Source: a virus (taxonomy: Duplodnaviria; Heunggongvirae; Uroviricota; Caudoviricetes). From it: 64,000 nt of DNA. The position numbers and the translations under genes are program-made. The stretch lies in IMG/VR virus record IMGVR_UViG_3300038393_001148; one strand, written 5' to 3'. This document shows positions 61,297 through 64,000 of the stretch, one piece after another. The notes beneath the pieces were generated by a model. It did not search any database. It was not told the origin of the DNA and saw only the letters and a program-made list of their open reading frames with translations. The number at the start of each line of letters is the position of its first letter. Position 1 is the stretch's first letter.

Positions 61297-63238
61297 GCGG
61301 GTTTATAAGTTGGGCTCCACCATTGCCGAGTGGTTCTTCTCAGAACCGGGCGTAGCGGTGATCCGGACCCTGGGCGGATCCGTCGATGACCGCTTCCTGG
61401 CCGAGACCATTGTGCGAGAACAACTCGCGGCCTGCGGCATACGCCAAGCGAGGTTCACGATTGCTCAGCAGGAGCAACTATTCGATCCTAGCGAGTATGG
61501 CAGGTCCCTCCCGGAAGTTATCAATGTCGATGGGGATCCGGAGTATGCCTACGAAGAGGGAAGGCCGTGGATCTACCATCCCCAATCAGACAAGCTCTAT
61601 GTAGGACAGCCCGAATGGCTCCATTGGGACCTGATTTTTAATCACCCTGATCTAGACGCGACTTATGTGCAGCAGGGCGGTCCTCCACAGCATAATGATT
61701 ACACGCATGGCCGTCTACGTGGAAATGAGAATCAATTTTACCATCGAGACTACGCCCATCTAGGTGGCCCTAAGTTAACTCCTGATCAGGAGGAGCGGAT
61801 CAATGCTGCGCTGGCTGCGCAGACGCGAGAAGAATATGGCGACGACATGTGGCATGACTCTAGGGTTGCCAACGGTGGGGAGTCCGGAGAAGATCAATTC
61901 ACTTGGACCCCAGGTCAGTACGGGAAGGGCATCCTCACGCAAGATGGTGTCCTACATGCTTGGGGCGTTGGTAGTTATAACGATGGGGACCCCATCCACT
62001 CTGACTATCAGCGAGCGCAGGGTATTGAGGATGGGCATACCCGCTTCTGGTTGCATCGCAATGGAGACGTTAATCTCTACACGTTGCCTAGATTCGTCAA
62101 TCATGAGCCCGAGGAGGTCATGCACTATGTACGTCAACATGTGCCTGAATCTCAATACAAGGGAAGAGGATACCCTGACGCTGAGAAGATGCTGAACGAT
62201 GAGGGTTGGGATTCTGAGCCAGAGCCGTCGTCCCGCTGGTCAAAAACTTCTCACTGGAACGACATCATGGCGAAGGCCAAGCGCCTCGTCCAGTCGGGCA
62301 ATGTCCAGTTGCTCCGCAACGGAGCCAACATCATCGTCGCCCATGTTATTGGAGATCACGGCGAGTACACCTGCGAGATCTCACGCGACGACCCTAACTC
62401 GCAGGCCATCACCCAGTGGACTTGTGAATGTCCTTGGGATCAGTACGCCTTCCAGCGCACCCGCAAATGGAAGAAATACGAGGGCCGTCCCTGTGCCCAC
62501 GTCCTCGCCGCCTACTGGAAGAGCCTTGGCACCCCGCTAGACGAGCAATCCCAGCCCGGACAGGAACCTGTCCCCACGGCGACCTCGCCCGAGGCTCCGA
62601 TGGGCAACGGGGGAATTGCTACACCCGATGGTGGCTTCCAGCCTTCGCCCAGCCCCGAAGGATTCGACCAGCCGTTTCCGCCCGCGCCGTCGATGGGGCC
62701 GCAGGCGGTCCCGATGCAGGCTCCCGGCCAGCTTCCCCCCGTAGGCCTCCCGCAAGGGCCGCAGGGCGCTCCCATGCCTCCAGGCTTCGCCCCTCCCGCC
62801 GACAACGCCATCATCCCGCCCTATCCGATGGATCCGGCGATGTACCAGCTTCCCGTCTCGGTTCCGGGAGGACGGCCAGGGCCTTATCCTGCTAACCCGA
62901 TTCAGCAGGGCGGCACGTTTTCCAAGACCTTAGTGGGAACTTATATGGCTGGAGCCAAGGACGAATTCATTCCAAACACCCGAGCCCGGCTAGAGGAAGC
63001 CACCTTGGGAAAGACGGTCGGTCGCGAGGGCGCGACTGATGCCGGACAGTGGTACGAGATCCCCAAGGGCTCCAACGTCGAGGTGGTCTATCAGGATCCT
63101 GCGACGGGATGGGTCGAGGTACATTTCCCGCTCAAGGGCGGGCCGATGACCTCATACCACGTTGAATGCTTTGTCGAGCCAGCTAAGCTTACGCCCCTCA
63201 TGGGAGACTCTCCGATGGCCCCACGTAGACGCCTCTAA
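61238..63238 (+). CDS. Modular protein: repeat domain, SWIM finger, Pro-rich linker, SH3-like C-terminus
   Basis: PWIYHPQSDKLYVGQPEWLH; CECPW...CAHV; IPKGSNVEVVYQDPATGWVEV; start uncertain. Confidence 0.65.
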   Translation: MSTMWTVESAEKSHPPVLPERVYKLGSTIAEWFFSEPGVAVIRTLGGSVDDRFLAETIVREQLAACGIRQARFTIAQQEQLFDPSEYGRSLPEVINVDGDPEYAYEEGRPWIYHPQSDKLYVGQPEWLHWDLIFNHPDLDATYVQQGGPPQHNDYTHGRLRGNENQFYHRDYAHLGGPKLTPDQEERINAALAAQTREEYGDDMWHDSRVANGGESGEDQFTWTPGQYGKGILTQDGVLHAWGVGSYNDGDPIHSDYQRAQGIEDGHTRFWLHRNGDVNLYTLPRFVNHEPEEVMHYVRQHVPESQYKGRGYPDAEKMLNDEGWDSEPEPSSRWSKTSHWNDIMAKAKRLVQSGNVQLLRNGANIIVAHVIGDHGEYTCEISRDDPNSQAITQWTCECPWDQYAFQRTRKWKKYEGRPCAHVLAAYWKSLGTPLDEQSQPGQEPVPTATSPEAPMGNGGIATPDGGFQPSPSPEGFDQPFPPAPSMGPQAVPMQAPGQLPPVGLPQGPQGAPMPPGFAPPADNAIIPPYPMDPAMYQLPVSVPGGRPGPYPANPIQQGGTFSKTLVGTYMAGAKDEFIPNTRARLEEATLGKTVGREGATDAGQWYEIPKGSNVEVVYQDPATGWVEVHFPLKGGPMTSYHVECFVEPAKLTPLMGDSPMAPRRRL

Positions 63239-63257
63239 AGAAGTTTGCAAGATTCCC

Positions 63258-63286
63258 TTGACAAACCTTCCATAGGCTGTTACCTT
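63258..63286 (+). promoter_or_regulatory. SigA-like promoter
   Basis: TTGACA-N17-TACCTT. Confidence 0.6.
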
Positions 63287-63341
63287 TCTCTCATCAAGTC
63301 AACCGGCCCACACAAACGGGCCACGAACTAGGAGAGATTCC

Positions 63342-63614
63342 ATGTCCGCCATCACGAAGCCGAAGACCACGCCGACGCTTCTCGCTCATCTGACCCGCCT
63401 GCACCAGGCCGGTCCGTCCGCCACCGCCCAGCAGGTCGACTCCAACGCCATCTACATGGGTCGCCTGGTCGAGCAGGGCCTCGTGGAGGTGATCGCCACC
63501 GTCAAGCACACCGACGAGCACGGCAACGCCCGTCGCGGTCGCCCGATGAACATCTACCGCCCGACCGCCAAGGGTCGCGCCCGCGCCCGCCGCGCGCTCG
63601 CGAAGCAGGCGTAA
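63342..63614 (+). CDS. Winged-HTH-like small protein
   Basis: RLVEQGLVE...GRPMNIYRPTAKGR; AGGAGA SD. Confidence 0.7.
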   Translation: MSAITKPKTTPTLLAHLTRLHQAGPSATAQQVDSNAIYMGRLVEQGLVEVIATVKHTDEHGNARRGRPMNIYRPTAKGRARARRALAKQA

Positions 63615-63623
63615 GCTCTCACC

Positions 63624-63854
63624 ATGTCCAACGACACCCCTCAGCAGAAGGCGATCTTGCGGCAGTGCAAGAGCGCGCGGAAGGTCCGCGCTACCTTCCC
63701 GGCAGGAACGCGCGTTGTCGTGGACGTGAGTGGCGTCGAAGGAACGGTGCGCCGTCACGTCCCAGGCACGGATGCCCAAGGAGGTTACTTGGTCGTTGAG
63801 TGGGACAGCGGCGTAACGGGGCGCATCACGCCGATTAACGTACGCCCTGAGTAG
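63624..63854 (+). CDS. Small SH3-like hypothetical protein
   Basis: FPAGTRVVV..GTV...VVEWDSG. Confidence 0.6.
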   Translation: MSNDTPQQKAILRQCKSARKVRATFPAGTRVVVDVSGVEGTVRRHVPGTDAQGGYLVVEWDSGVTGRITPINVRPE

Positions 63855-63860
63855 ATCCCG

Positions 63861-63885
63861 AGGCCCGTCTAACGACGGGCCTTTT
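63861..63885 (+). terminator. Rho-independent terminator
   Basis: AGGCCCGTC-TAAC-GACGGGCCT followed by TTT. Confidence 0.75.
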
Positions 63886-64000
63886 GGGGTTTACCACCTT
63901 GCTTGAAGATCGAGTCCTTGGGCGTCGAGATGATTTCGAACTTATAGTCGTGCTTGAGGCTTTCTTTTCTTCGGTGCATAGTTAGCTCCTGTCGAAGCTG

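Overview
A 64 kb segment of a large tailed-phage genome. The host is most likely an Actinomycetota bacterium (inferred from the tmRNA tag ending in ALAA, an Rpf-like gene, TTGACA-N17-TANNNT promoters and near-leaderless starts). 1-15.9 kb (minus strand) is a replication/recombination module: sigma factor, RuvC, PD-(D/E)XK nucleases, RecA, DnaE, RNase H, putative SSB, primase, ThyX, DnaB and a loader. 16.1-18.7 kb holds NrdJ and a ParB-like gene. 19.0-36.1 kb is an RNA-rich island: 36 canonical-looking tRNAs covering all 20 amino acids (only Trp encodes CCA), an oversized tmRNA, an oversized and divergent RNase P RNA, several tRNA-like oddities (one circularly permuted), about 16 non-tRNA structured RNAs closed by terminal stems, and many small ORFs, ten of which share one Zn-ribbon tag. 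Many of these ORFs and ncRNAs begin 1-3 nt after a tRNA 3' end, which suggests tRNA-punctuated processing. 36.2-38.3 kb encodes cell-wall hydrolases. 38.6-50.2 kb encodes virion genes, an intein-containing terminase and a probable portal. 54-63 kb encodes modular polyvalent-type proteins built from a repeated His-containing domain, plus a second ncRNA island. All coordinates and pairings were read by eye; no searches or folding were run.
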